Positions 18,571 through 28,841 of a stretch of 64,000 nt of DNA are shown piece by piece. The notes beneath the pieces are model-generated. The model was given only the letters and a program-made list of their open reading frames with translations. It had not been told where the DNA came from and ran no database searches. Numbering within the stretch: the first letter of the stretch is position 1; the number at the start of each line of letters is the position of its first letter. The position numbers and the translations under genes are program-made. The stretch spans positions 62,001-126,000 of IMG/VR virus record IMGVR_UViG_3300017917_001342; one strand, written 5' to 3'.

Positions 18571-19146
18571 TTATCCTCGAGAAAGTTTAAGGTTTAAGCC
18601 TTCTAATACTCTCAACAGTGTACGGAATCTTTCGCGTTCTTGCACTTTATATTTTTCTGGTAAACTGTCCCAGGGTTGCAGCATAGGATGCTTGCGATTT
18701 CTAGCATCTAATCTATGTCCAAAACTCCAGCCTTCGTTTATCTTGTCTTGTTGCCAACGATTATGATAGGTTTTAGCTGCAACTTCTACAATGCCATCGG
18801 TTATGCGATGCTGTACAGTTTCAATCTTATGGTCTACGCTGTCGCGCTGACTCCAATTGATTACAAAATCACCTTCTGGATATGCTGCTGCCCAGGCTTC
18901 GGCGATTGCATCAGCTTCGCTTTCTTCTAGATCACGACTGAGTGGTATAACATAGTGACAACCGCTAGTGCCTTTTACACAGTAGAACTTTACGTTGCGT
19001 AATTCTCTGCCTTGCAGTATGTCTATTTCGCTCATGACACCATTAGGGCCGTGGTCTTGAACAGTTCTAGCCCACAGGCCCGGAATGCCTTTTGGTAAAG
19101 GTTTTTTGGTTTTGAGTTCTATATGGTGTTGTGATCGATGTTGCAT
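18571..19146 (-). CDS. RyR-domain protein
   Basis: HNRW..DK..EGWSFG...HPML.PWD.L; late promoter upstream. Confidence 0.75.
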   Translation of the reverse strand: MQHRSQHHIELKTKKPLPKGIPGLWARTVQDHGPNGVMSEIDILQGRELRNVKFYCVKGTSGCHYVIPLSRDLEESEADAIAEAWAAAYPEGDFVINWSQRDSVDHKIETVQHRITDGIVEVAAKTYHNRWQQDKINEGWSFGHRLDARNRKHPMLQPWDSLPEKYKVQERERFRTLLRVLEGLNLKLSRG

Positions 19147-19167
19147 GAAATATTTATCAATGCAACC

Positions 19168-19746
19168 TCACCATTCCCAGATCCATTGATAGCCGCGATG
19201 TATTTGACGTTTACCCACCATGTTCATCCACTGTGCAACATATGTACCTTTGCCTACATGTTGACCGTTGTCCATTACAAGATTGTCATCGACTGCAATC
19301 AGTGTGCCAGGTGCCAACACACCCTTGACAGCTAGCAGTTCGTAGATGTGATGCTGTGCGCTGGGATGCCAGTTGTTAAGGTCTAGGTCAAAACTGTCTA
19401 GATACAGCACATCAATTTTTCTACCAAGCTTGTCAAAATTAATTTCTGCTTGTTGTAACCAGCGAACACTGTCGCTACAGAATATCTGATGTCGTGGTCC
19501 TGTTAGTGTTTTTGCAAATCTACAGTTGTCTGGATTTATGTCTACACTGTACAGTGTGCCTTCGTGCATCTCAGCCATTTTGTTAAACACCTGTGTACTT
19601 TGTCCGTCGCCGAACCAGTTGTCAGGCTGTCTAGTACATCCAGTTTCTACAATCAACGGCATTTGACTGTTTTTGACTTTTTCGTATAGTATTTCAAATC
19701 CGCTGCGCCGTTTGTCTAATTTGGCGAACATTTCGTCTAATGTCAT
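19168..19746 (-). CDS. Class I SAM-dependent methyltransferase
   Basis: IVETG, YSVDINP, SDS, LYLDS, IAVDD, GKG. Confidence 0.75.
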   Translation of the reverse strand: MTLDEMFAKLDKRRSGFEILYEKVKNSQMPLIVETGCTRQPDNWFGDGQSTQVFNKMAEMHEGTLYSVDINPDNCRFAKTLTGPRHQIFCSDSVRWLQQAEINFDKLGRKIDVLYLDSFDLDLNNWHPSAQHHIYELLAVKGVLAPGTLIAVDDNLVMDNGQHVGKGTYVAQWMNMVGKRQIHRGYQWIWEW

Positions 19747-19807
19747 GTGTTTACTCCTAGATAACACAATATTACCGCAGTTGTGTCAAAATGCAATTAA
19801 ATACTGT

Positions 19808-19921
19808 ATGGAAGATAATGTCGTTATCGAAGAATCAACTGTCGCAGTCGATGACAGAGAATTAGAACAGCAAAAAGAACAGCAAACTATTTTGTTATTG
19901 CTGTTGGATGTAATAGAGTGA
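19808..19921 (+). CDS. Small acidic protein (37 aa)
   Basis: ATG follows a TAAATA late promoter; heads the lysis cassette. Confidence 0.4.
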   Translation: MEDNVVIEESTVAVDDRELEQQKEQQTILLLLLDVIE

Positions 19922-19928
19922 GTGTGCA

Positions 19929-20378
19929 ATGGGACTTAAAGTAGCAGGAATAGTGAGTATAATACTGTTGGTAGTCGGTGGACTATTTTATTGGTACTTT
20001 GACCATAGCCAAAAAACGATTAGACAGCTCGAAGCCAACGTTGCCAAACTTGAATTGTCTATTAGCGAGCAAAAAGACACAATCAATGCATTGGAAAAAC
20101 ATGCAGAAGATCAAGCTCAACAGGTTGTAGAGTTACAGACTAATCTCAATGCTGCAAATGAGTACAGATCAACTCTAGAAAAGCTGTTAAGGGAACATGA
20201 CCTTACTGCACTTGCTAGATCTAAGCCTGGACTTATTGAAAACCGCATGAACACTGCTACTGCAAAACTCTGGGATGATTTAGAAGCTCTCACTGGCAGT
20301 AAGACAACTGACAATACCACAGAAAACAAATCAACATTTAAAAGTTTGGATGAAGTAAATGCGCAGCCTCTACAGTGA
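19929..20378 (+). CDS. Putative inner-membrane spanin (Rz-like)
   Basis: N-terminal TM helix plus long coiled coil; overlaps a lipoprotein gene. Confidence 0.65.
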   Translation: MGLKVAGIVSIILLVVGGLFYWYFDHSQKTIRQLEANVAKLELSISEQKDTINALEKHAEDQAQQVVELQTNLNAANEYRSTLEKLLREHDLTALARSKPGLIENRMNTATAKLWDDLEALTGSKTTDNTTENKSTFKSLDEVNAQPLQ

Positions 20379-20727
20379 TATGTTCCCTCTTTACGCAGTA
20401 TTAGTTACATTTATGTTGGCTAGCTGTGCAAGTACTACACCAGTTCAAATAGAAACTAAACCGGTCCAGTTAACTGTAATACAACCACCGCCACCTGCAC
20501 CATTGTCGCTCAGTGACGTAAAAGTATCGGTTGTAACTGCTGAAAATATAGACGAGTTCATTTTAGCAGCTAGCAAAGAACAAGGTACAGATAATCCTGT
20601 ATTTGTTGTAGTCAGTATACAGGGCTATGAAAATCTCAGTTTAAACATTGCTGAATTGAAACGCTACATACTGCAACAGCAGGAAATCATTGCGTATTAT
20701 CGCAAAGCTACTACAAAAACCAACTAA
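20359..20727 (+). CDS. Putative outer-membrane spanin lipoprotein (Rz1-like)
   Basis: Lipobox LASC; proline-rich segment. Confidence 0.65.
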   Translation: MRSLYSDMFPLYAVLVTFMLASCASTTPVQIETKPVQLTVIQPPPPAPLSLSDVKVSVVTAENIDEFILAASKEQGTDNPVFVVVSIQGYENLSLNIAELKRYILQQQEIIAYYRKATTKTN

Positions 20728-20761
20728 CAATAAATATCATACATATTAACTGTGTGATATT

Positions 20762-21316
20762 ATGGCTCAATCAGATTCTGACTCAACTGGCGACACTGAC
20801 TTTTATCAAGGATCTGACCAAACTGGTACTGATACAACTGCACCTGCTACTGCAACACCAAGACCGCTGGTTACTACTAATCTAGATTCTATACCAAATA
20901 CCAGCAAAAGTATTGTTGCTAGAAAAATGGCGTTGGAAGAAGCTAAATTCAGATTAGAAGAGTCTAGGGCTAATCATGACATGTTTATGGAACTGCGTCG
21001 AGAAGATTTTCGCGAACGTCAAGTATTAATAGAACAAGAAATCAACAATAGCAAATCTTCCGAACATTGGATGAAAGCCTATTGGCGTCCTGCAATGGGA
21101 TGGCTATACATGGCAATCTGCGCATTTGATTTTATAATAGGCCCTGTACTATCTTTGACTATGCCAGCAGTTCTTGCAGCTATCGGTGTAGATAGTGTTA
21201 CCTACACTCCTTGGGAAAGCCTTACATTAAGCAACGGCGGACTTATACATCTTGCATTTGGTGCAATATTAGGTGTTGCAGCATGGACAAGAGGTCAGGA
21301 AAAAATAAACAAATAA
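20762..21316 (+). CDS. Holin-like membrane protein (3TM holin family)
   Basis: WRPAMGWLY...DF and LAFGAILG..AW.RG.EK motifs. Confidence 0.65.
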   Translation: MAQSDSDSTGDTDFYQGSDQTGTDTTAPATATPRPLVTTNLDSIPNTSKSIVARKMALEEAKFRLEESRANHDMFMELRREDFRERQVLIEQEINNSKSSEHWMKAYWRPAMGWLYMAICAFDFIIGPVLSLTMPAVLAAIGVDSVTYTPWESLTLSNGGLIHLAFGAILGVAAWTRGQEKINK

Positions 21317-21317
21317 C

Positions 21318-22811
21318 TCAAGCGTTGGTAAAAACTTTTATGCCGTATTCTTTTTCAAACGCCGCAGCATCGGCTTCGTCATTTACTATAGGTTGGCCTT
21401 TGATATTGAGACTGGTGTTTACCAGCATCGGGCAACCAGTTTCGCTATACCAACGCCGTAACAATTGATATAATCCCACATGCTGTTTGACATTTACCGT
21501 TTGTACTCTGCTTGTTCCGTCTACATGCACTATACCTGGAAAACGTTCTGGGTATTTACATTTAAGAGTGTATTGCATATAGCTAAGATCTTGTCCGTTG
21601 GTTTCAAAGTATTGATCAACATACTCTTCAAGAATCACCGGAGCAAAAGGTCTGAATGACTCGCGCTTTTTGACCACGTTGAGACGATCTTGAATATCTA
21701 CTATTCGCGGATCAGCTAACAGACTTCTATTACCCAATGCACGTGGTCCAAATTCTGCTCGACCGTTTGCTACACCTACAATGCCAGTTTGGTGTAGTTG
21801 ATGTATCACAGCACCAACTGGATACAGACCTTTGATATTGTGTCCTAGATAAGGGCCTTCCCATTTAACTGGTGTTTTTAAATAGGCCAATGCTGCACCT
21901 AGACTGTTTCCTGCATCACCAGGGTTTGGCATTATCCATATTTTATCCCATATGCCTTGTTGTGCAATAGCAGTGTTGGTTACGCAATTCAATGCACACC
22001 CTCCGCTTAATACAAGATTACTAGACTTTGCTGTAGCTTTTAGCCATTTACTGAGTTCCAGCATAATATCAGTAAACACTTCTTGTGCTGCTGCTGCAAG
22101 GTTTTCTACATCTGTTATTTCTGGATGCCAATTGATTATACCACGATGCATGTTAACTCGGCAACGGTAAAACGGCCATGTTGGTAAAACTTCTATCAAC
22201 TCATCTAAGATGAGATGTTTGTATTTCCATGAATAGCCGCATGCAGATAAACCCATCATAATGTATTCTTCTTCATTGGGTTTAAATCCGCAACGCTGTG
22301 TCATTGCAGTATAAAACAATCCTAGACTGTTTGGATATCTAGCACTAGCTATTTTTTTAAGGCTGTTACCCTGTCCTTTCCATGCAGTAGTAGTATCCCA
22401 TTCTCCGATTGCATCTATTACCAATATTGCAGCAGAATCGAATCCGCTTGTGTAATAACCACCTGCTGCATGACTGTGATGATGACTAACTGTGTGTACT
22501 GGTACATTGATAAAACCAATGTTGTTTAATAGTTTCTTAGGATTTGGCTCAAATACATCTCGCCACTGTCCTGCCCAGAGTTCTCTAGTGCGTTTTAAAA
22601 ACGGTTTTTCATGCCACACAATAACATTAGGATAACCAGCCGACCTGATTGATAATGCATCAATTAGCATTTGACGATTTATAGTATCGTCATTTTTAAT
22701 TTTACTGTAGCGTTCACTGTGACTGGCCCATTGTATTTTACCATTTTTAACAACGCTTACAGCAGCATCGTGACCGCCAGCGGAAAACCCCCAAACATTG
22801 ATATTTTGCAT
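21318..22811 (-). CDS. Carbamoyltransferase (NodU/CmcH family)
   Basis: HDAAV, ERYSKIK, HHHSHA, GGCALNC, GDAG, EFGPRALGNRS, FRPFAP, VHVDGTSR, NTSLN. Confidence 0.93.
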   Translation of the reverse strand: MQNINVWGFSAGGHDAAVSVVKNGKIQWASHSERYSKIKNDDTINRQMLIDALSIRSAGYPNVIVWHEKPFLKRTRELWAGQWRDVFEPNPKKLLNNIGFINVPVHTVSHHHSHAAGGYYTSGFDSAAILVIDAIGEWDTTTAWKGQGNSLKKIASARYPNSLGLFYTAMTQRCGFKPNEEEYIMMGLSACGYSWKYKHLILDELIEVLPTWPFYRCRVNMHRGIINWHPEITDVENLAAAAQEVFTDIMLELSKWLKATAKSSNLVLSGGCALNCVTNTAIAQQGIWDKIWIMPNPGDAGNSLGAALAYLKTPVKWEGPYLGHNIKGLYPVGAVIHQLHQTGIVGVANGRAEFGPRALGNRSLLADPRIVDIQDRLNVVKKRESFRPFAPVILEEYVDQYFETNGQDLSYMQYTLKCKYPERFPGIVHVDGTSRVQTVNVKQHVGLYQLLRRWYSETGCPMLVNTSLNIKGQPIVNDEADAAAFEKEYGIKVFTNA

Positions 22812-22862
22812 GCAATGTATCTCCAGTTACACTAGCTATATATTACAGTAATAGCAGCAGTT

Positions 22863-24098
22863 ATGACAATTTATATTCTTTATCACAACACTAGAAATAA
22901 CAGTGTACCGCAGTGGAATTACATACCAACTCCGGACCTAGCTAGAAGCTGTGATGATGTAGATGATCAATTTGATTTAACGTTAGTTGAATCTATGCCA
23001 AACACTGACATAGCCTATGCAAAAATAGAAGCTGTGCCGCAAGGTAGCAAATGGCTATATGCCATTAACAATCTCTACAGTAACGATGTCTATACACAAA
23101 ACGGGTTGGATGTGTTAGATCATTTTTGCTCGGATGAGAGACTTATGTCGGATTTACTATCGGGCCATGGTCGAATACTATTTGATGACAGACGAGAAGG
23201 GTACTTGTATGACAATTATATTGGTGGACAAATCAGTCAGTTCTTCTCTAATAGAAACATACCGTTGGATAAAGTTGTATTTGCTACGGGTACAGCCAAT
23301 GCCGAACAGATTTTCAATTATAGAAACTATGAGATTAAGCCATTTTATGTAAGACAGTTTGAGTTAGAAGCCAGTAAACTCTGCGACACTGTACCTTATC
23401 AGTCAAATAGATTACCTGTTAAACGTTTTTTATGTTTCAATCGCAGATATGCTTATCGACTACATAGATTACAATTTTTATCATTGATATATCAACACAA
23501 CCTATTACCACTGTTTTATTACAGTATGCTGGATGGTGTTGATCATGTAAGTGTAGTAGATGCTGCAAAAAGTCTAATAGGCAATGAACCACAGCATTTT
23601 AAAACCTATGAAACTATGTTAAAGTTACATGATAAAATGCCAATGTCGATAGATACAGATGACCTGCAAACAAATTTAGCAACTACACACTATTTGCCAA
23701 CTGTACAGGATTTTTACAATCAATCTGCAATCAGTGTAGTAGTAGAAACACTGTTTTATGACAGTGAAATATTTTTAAGTGAAAAAATTTGGCATCCTAT
23801 TAGAATGTCGCAGCCCTTTATTTTAGTTGGTGGTGCAGGATCTCTACAGCATCTGCGTGATTTAGGATACAAGACCTTTGATCATTGGTGGGACGAAAGC
23901 TACGATAACATCGCTGATCCATACGATAGAATGATGTCAATCGTGTCGATTATTAAACAGATATCAAATTGGTCTGAATTCCAACTGTCTTTATTTTTAA
24001 TAGAATCGGCAGAAATATGTAAACACAATTTCAATCATTTAATGTCTGCAAAACATAGAATATCGTATGATTCACAAATAACACAGTTATTTTTATAA
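22863..24098 (+). CDS. Putative glycosyltransferase-like protein (paralogue 2)
   Basis: FLCFNRR...HR, VVVET, SEKIWHP, LGYKTF..WWDESYD. Confidence 0.55.
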   Translation: MTIYILYHNTRNNSVPQWNYIPTPDLARSCDDVDDQFDLTLVESMPNTDIAYAKIEAVPQGSKWLYAINNLYSNDVYTQNGLDVLDHFCSDERLMSDLLSGHGRILFDDRREGYLYDNYIGGQISQFFSNRNIPLDKVVFATGTANAEQIFNYRNYEIKPFYVRQFELEASKLCDTVPYQSNRLPVKRFLCFNRRYAYRLHRLQFLSLIYQHNLLPLFYYSMLDGVDHVSVVDAAKSLIGNEPQHFKTYETMLKLHDKMPMSIDTDDLQTNLATTHYLPTVQDFYNQSAISVVVETLFYDSEIFLSEKIWHPIRMSQPFILVGGAGSLQHLRDLGYKTFDHWWDESYDNIADPYDRMMSIVSIIKQISNWSEFQLSLFLIESAEICKHNFNHLMSAKHRISYDSQITQLFL

Positions 24099-24995
24099 AT
24101 TGAAATTTGTCTTTATATATGGAATTAGATATTCACTTGCAAAATGTTCGTGTGAATATCTAGATGGATGGCCTAACAATGCTCTACCATAGACATTGTT
24201 TTCTTTTGCGTGCAATAGAGAATGATTCATAGTATATGCAAATGTGTTGGCATTAAAAAAGTCTTGCAAATCTTTTACTATACTTGGATAGTATATGTTG
24301 TCTCCAATTTTTTGTATAGCTCGTTCTATAGTGTCGTCTAAAACCCAATCATCTAACAGTTTACGGTTCAGTTCAGGATTTTCTCTGTATATGTTTACAG
24401 GGTCAATGATAATATGAGGCACATCCTTAAGGATCTGTTTTATTGCAATGATGTGATTTTTTACATGCAGGTATTTGGTCAGCACATCATCACCATACAT
24501 ATCAGACAACTCTATATACTGTTTGTGCAATTTACTTTTGTTATGTGGTGCATAATTGTTATGCGTTCTAATCTTGTCGTGCCCTGTTTGTTCATTTAAT
24601 TTTGTAGTCCTATATGGAAAAGTAAGACCTACTATAACCAATGTGTCTGACGATATGTCATTTTTATGTAATATAAGTTCTGACATTATTGCATCGTTAC
24701 TGTATCCAGCCCACGCATAATTTTTGTAACTACTAAATTTAAAATGCCTTGAAATAATACCAGATATGCAGTAGCTATGGCAACGTTCTTCATAGTCTGC
24801 TGTTTGCATCTCAATGTCCCATAGTGCGTCAAAATGTGAACCTTTTAAAAGTTCAACTGGCACTGCACCAGAAATTTTATCTCTAGGTAAATCTTTAACT
24901 ATATGTTCTATTCTATGTTTTAAATCAGCATCGTCTTGTGGTAATTCAGTGCCGTACATATAACTGTCGCCAAATGTCAATAGCTTAGTAATCAT
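24093..24995 (-). CDS. SGNH/GDSL-like hypothetical protein
   Basis: FGDSYMYG, N.A..G.SN, GHPS...H. Confidence 0.55.
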   Translation of the reverse strand: MITKLLTFGDSYMYGTELPQDDADLKHRIEHIVKDLPRDKISGAVPVELLKGSHFDALWDIEMQTADYEERCHSYCISGIISRHFKFSSYKNYAWAGYSNDAIMSELILHKNDISSDTLVIVGLTFPYRTTKLNEQTGHDKIRTHNNYAPHNKSKLHKQYIELSDMYGDDVLTKYLHVKNHIIAIKQILKDVPHIIIDPVNIYRENPELNRKLLDDWVLDDTIERAIQKIGDNIYYPSIVKDLQDFFNANTFAYTMNHSLLHAKENNVYGRALLGHPSRYSHEHFASEYLIPYIKTNFNL

Positions 24996-26115
24996 TTAGA
25001 AACTCTTTTAATTTTGGAAATGTTGCAGTGTAATCGGTTTTTCTAATGCTATCTAACGCAGTCAGATAATCTTTCATTTTACGTGCAAGCTGTTCGCTGT
25101 CGTCTGCTGTATCATATTGCATTATAGTGTCAAGTGTTACGCCGTTGAATTTAACACCTGTACAATCAATTGCAGACAGATATTCGTGTAATTGGTCTTT
25201 TGGTAATATATTAAATTTCAAAAAATCTGGCGATACTAATAGATTCAAATGTAAAAACAAATCATGGTCTTTAGAAAATTTTACAGCATCACCGATATTA
25301 AAAACGCTCATTGCATTTACTGTGTAAGTTAATGACAATGATACACTAGACGGTTTGTTACGAATTACATATTGCAAATTATCCATTACAGAATCGAAAT
25401 TTGCAGGGAATCGCTGGTATTCAAATTCTTCTTTAACTAAACTGTCTATACTCCAATTTAAACCTACATACTTAAATTTAGAATACGTATCTAATAATTC
25501 GTCTGTGATTTTAACTGTTCCGTTAGTATTAGTTCTTATCTTTTGATTTTTGCTTGTGCCAATATCAACGCAAAAGTTTAATATATCGTAATGATATTTG
25601 ATTAATAACGGTTCGCCGCCGTAGAATTCTAATAGTTCTACTTCCTGTATATAGGGTTTAATAGTGTTGAATACATCGACATTGTGTATCCATTTATATT
25701 TTGATGTATTGAATTTATAGCCATTCAATTTTTCAAAATCTGAATACCACATACTACTATTACCGGGAGCACACATAACACACTTTAAATTACAAACGTT
25801 GTTAAATTTAATGTCTAAACTGCGAGGTGTTGATTTTACTAATAGTCCTCGATCATCTTGTTCAAACAAACGCTTACTGTAGCCATTGTTGGCTTCTACT
25901 TCCCAGCAGTGATTACAACTTGGTATATTATAGCTGTCAACATCATTTGCATGACGTATACGGTCAGTTGAATTCCATACAGATTCTGGGGTATCTGTTG
26001 CAATATTATATTCGGTGCCGTCATCTTTTACATAGACATGTGTACTGAGACAGCAAGGCGCAAATGTGCCATCATTTCGTATTTCTAAATTAGTATGAGG
26101 CATGATGCAGCGCAT
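24985..26115 (-). CDS. Radical SAM protein with N-terminal Cys-rich (twitch-like) domain
   Basis: CNLKCVMC, GGEP; N-terminal C..P...PCC...CNHC. Confidence 0.9.
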   Translation of the reverse strand: MRCIMPHTNLEIRNDGTFAPCCLSTHVYVKDDGTEYNIATDTPESVWNSTDRIRHANDVDSYNIPSCNHCWEVEANNGYSKRLFEQDDRGLLVKSTPRSLDIKFNNVCNLKCVMCAPGNSSMWYSDFEKLNGYKFNTSKYKWIHNVDVFNTIKPYIQEVELLEFYGGEPLLIKYHYDILNFCVDIGTSKNQKIRTNTNGTVKITDELLDTYSKFKYVGLNWSIDSLVKEEFEYQRFPANFDSVMDNLQYVIRNKPSSVSLSLTYTVNAMSVFNIGDAVKFSKDHDLFLHLNLLVSPDFLKFNILPKDQLHEYLSAIDCTGVKFNGVTLDTIMQYDTADDSEQLARKMKDYLTALDSIRKTDYTATFPKLKEFLNDY

Positions 26116-27587
26116 TATTGTTCAGCTTCTCTTTTTGTATTGTAATAATGCAACAGCTCGCGTTCCATGTAACTCATATAGGCTTCTTCGTTGAATGTTT
26201 TCCAATTCAATCGTTTACATTCTTCACTCATACGCTGTCGTCGACGAAAAATTTCTGGGAAGTCTAACGTGCTGATGTGTTTACTTTTCCAAAACGTGCC
26301 AACATCGTTTACTACTAACTCGTCTTTTTGATCTGCAAAATCTGTTCCCGGTAAAAATGCAATATAGTGTTGCAAATTCAATGATGCAATCGTACCGTCA
26401 TCACTTGCCCATTTGTAATCATGTAGAAACTTGATGTTTTCTTCGAAATCTTCTTCGGTTTCTAATGGGTGGCCAAACAGCACGTTGAACATTACAAAAA
26501 TACGACTTTTACTTAGATTATGAATAGTATCACGCAGAGCTTCATTATCAAACCCTTTTCTCATAATTTTACGCATACGTTCACTTGCATGTTCGAGTCC
26601 AATGCCCACGTTTTCTAAACCGGCTTCTGCTGCTCGCATATAATCATCTAGTGACATCTGACTGTTTGATCGTGCTATGAACTGGCCGCCCCATCTAAAT
26701 TTCACACCGTTGCGACTTTGATAATCTAACAGCACATCGACTAGTTCTCTAAATGCTTTCATGCTGCCATTGATTAAACTGTCACTTAGATAAAATGTGT
26801 CAACACCTTTCTGCTCATAGTGATATATCATTTCCATTGCAATGTGTTCACCGCCACGAGTTTTAAATTTGGGCCATAGTCTGTACACATCGCAGAAATC
26901 GCAGCGTCTAACGCAACCGCGACTACCAGTTAATATATAAGTCGGCTTGCCAGAATCATATTTTTCAAACGGATATAACTTGTGATCACATTCTTCGTAA
27001 TTTGCAAATGCTAGACCTTCTAGGTTTTGTATTTGTCTATTTGCTCGATTGATGCCTACAGCAGTTGGGTTGTTTTTGCAGATTAATTCAACTACTGCTA
27101 CTTCACCTTCACCTGTTATGTAGTAGTCAATTAATCCGTCGTCTAGCAGTTTTTTAGCAAACTCGAATGATGTATCTCCCAATGCATCGCCTAGTCCTGC
27201 GCCACCTATTAGTATCTTTTTATCGGGCCAATTTGCTCTAATGAATTTGATAATATCTACACCAACTCTTCTACTGTTGAGACTGAAAATGCTTATACCG
27301 ATCCATGTTGGATTGTGTTTTGTAATATAGTCGTTGAAAATTTCTTTAAGACGATGAATTACTTTGTCATACAATTCCTGCATGGGATCATAGGTATGCC
27401 AGTGCAACATATATACGATGTCGTCCCAGTGTTCCTTAAACGAGTTGTATATCAGTATATTGGTATCAACTGCTGCACAGGTTACAGTGCCACTGGCTTC
27501 TATTTGACCTTTTAAATGGTAAATGGCCGGTGCCGGCCATTTGATTTCCATAAGAGGTATTGCAAATAATATTACGTCTTTTTTCAT
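26115..27587 (-). CDS. B12-binding-domain radical SAM protein
   Basis: N-terminal IGIS...IGG...GEGE cobalamin-binding-like domain; GSRGCVRRCDFC; IGLE; G.P.ETEEDF. Confidence 0.88.
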   Translation of the reverse strand: MKKDVILFAIPLMEIKWPAPAIYHLKGQIEASGTVTCAAVDTNILIYNSFKEHWDDIVYMLHWHTYDPMQELYDKVIHRLKEIFNDYITKHNPTWIGISIFSLNSRRVGVDIIKFIRANWPDKKILIGGAGLGDALGDTSFEFAKKLLDDGLIDYYITGEGEVAVVELICKNNPTAVGINRANRQIQNLEGLAFANYEECDHKLYPFEKYDSGKPTYILTGSRGCVRRCDFCDVYRLWPKFKTRGGEHIAMEMIYHYEQKGVDTFYLSDSLINGSMKAFRELVDVLLDYQSRNGVKFRWGGQFIARSNSQMSLDDYMRAAEAGLENVGIGLEHASERMRKIMRKGFDNEALRDTIHNLSKSRIFVMFNVLFGHPLETEEDFEENIKFLHDYKWASDDGTIASLNLQHYIAFLPGTDFADQKDELVVNDVGTFWKSKHISTLDFPEIFRRRQRMSEECKRLNWKTFNEEAYMSYMERELLHYYNTKREAEQ

Positions 27588-27590
27588 ATG

Positions 27591-28841
27591 TCATATTACT
27601 TTTTTATAGTGATCAATCAGTTCAGGGAATGTATCAGCAAAACTTTCGGATCTAATCCTATCTAGTGAATCTGTCATAAAAATAAATTTGTCATGTATTT
27701 CTTTTAGTTCTTCTGCACTTCTATCTTTACCAGTGTACATATAAGAAATTATTCCGTCGTAATAGAATTTTAGTTTTTCACGAGTTTCGACACAGTCAAA
27801 TGTATTTAAATGATTAGAAAACTTTTCTTTTACCCTAGCTTTGTAATCGTCATTTAGTGTATTGATATGATACCATTTTGGATCGGTTAATACATTACCA
27901 AGATGCATATTATGTATTTTCATCCCGCAGGAGAATAGATAGTCTAAAAAGTCTGGCAAATGTAAGATATTAAACACCTGTATAGTCGGACTAACATTAA
28001 ATTGTACGTTTGGACTTTTTATCAACAGATGAATGTTTTTATCAATTACATTCCACTTGGTACCTTTTCTAATGTATTCTGCACGACTGCCCATGCCATC
28101 TAGACTTGCCATTACCTGCACTAAATGAAAATTCTTCCATAGATCTACATTGTTCCAATGCTTGTATTTGATTTTCAATAGATTGGTGTTATAACGCAGC
28201 TTGACGTCGAATCGTTTCTTCTCTATTAACTTTTCAAGTATGTAATAGTGTTCGTCCATTATCAGCGGTTCGCCACCGGCAAAATAGATTTCTTCTACAT
28301 TGTCTATCTGATCGTCTAGAATTTTATACATGTCTTCGATACTGTGGTCTTTGGTATTGACTACAGGGACTTTTTCACTTGTTGCACCGTATAGTTCTTT
28401 TTCGTCGTTGAACCACAAACTGCTGAGATGACCACCGCACATTCTGCATTTCATGTTACAGAGGTTGCTAAATCTAAAATCCCAGTATCGCAGTTTCATT
28501 TCATCCAATGAACCATCTGGATTGGTCTTTTTAACAGACTCTTCTATATGATGTTCAAATGTCCAGTTGGCATTGTGCCTAAAACTAACAATGTCATTGT
28601 CTTCTTGTTCGAAACATTTAGTGCAGAGTTTTGGCTTTTCACCATTTAGAAACTGCAATCGTAGATTTTTCATGTGTTCGCTATTCCATAGTTCGAATAG
28701 CGTATTGTCTTTGAGATTGCCGATTGATGATTTGTAATTTGTAATACAGCATTGATAAACATTGCCATTTGGCCAAGTGTTTAAATGTATCCACGGTATA
28801 ATACAAAATGTCGGTGTTGGTATTTTATCAGTTTTGTTCAT
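27591..28841 (-). CDS. Radical SAM protein (twitch-like N-terminus)
   Basis: FCIIPW...QCC...CTKC; CNMKCRMC; GGEP. Confidence 0.9.
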   Translation of the reverse strand: MNKTDKIPTPTFCIIPWIHLNTWPNGNVYQCCITNYKSSIGNLKDNTLFELWNSEHMKNLRLQFLNGEKPKLCTKCFEQEDNDIVSFRHNANWTFEHHIEESVKKTNPDGSLDEMKLRYWDFRFSNLCNMKCRMCGGHLSSLWFNDEKELYGATSEKVPVVNTKDHSIEDMYKILDDQIDNVEEIYFAGGEPLIMDEHYYILEKLIEKKRFDVKLRYNTNLLKIKYKHWNNVDLWKNFHLVQVMASLDGMGSRAEYIRKGTKWNVIDKNIHLLIKSPNVQFNVSPTIQVFNILHLPDFLDYLFSCGMKIHNMHLGNVLTDPKWYHINTLNDDYKARVKEKFSNHLNTFDCVETREKLKFYYDGIISYMYTGKDRSAEELKEIHDKFIFMTDSLDRIRSESFADTFPELIDHYKKVI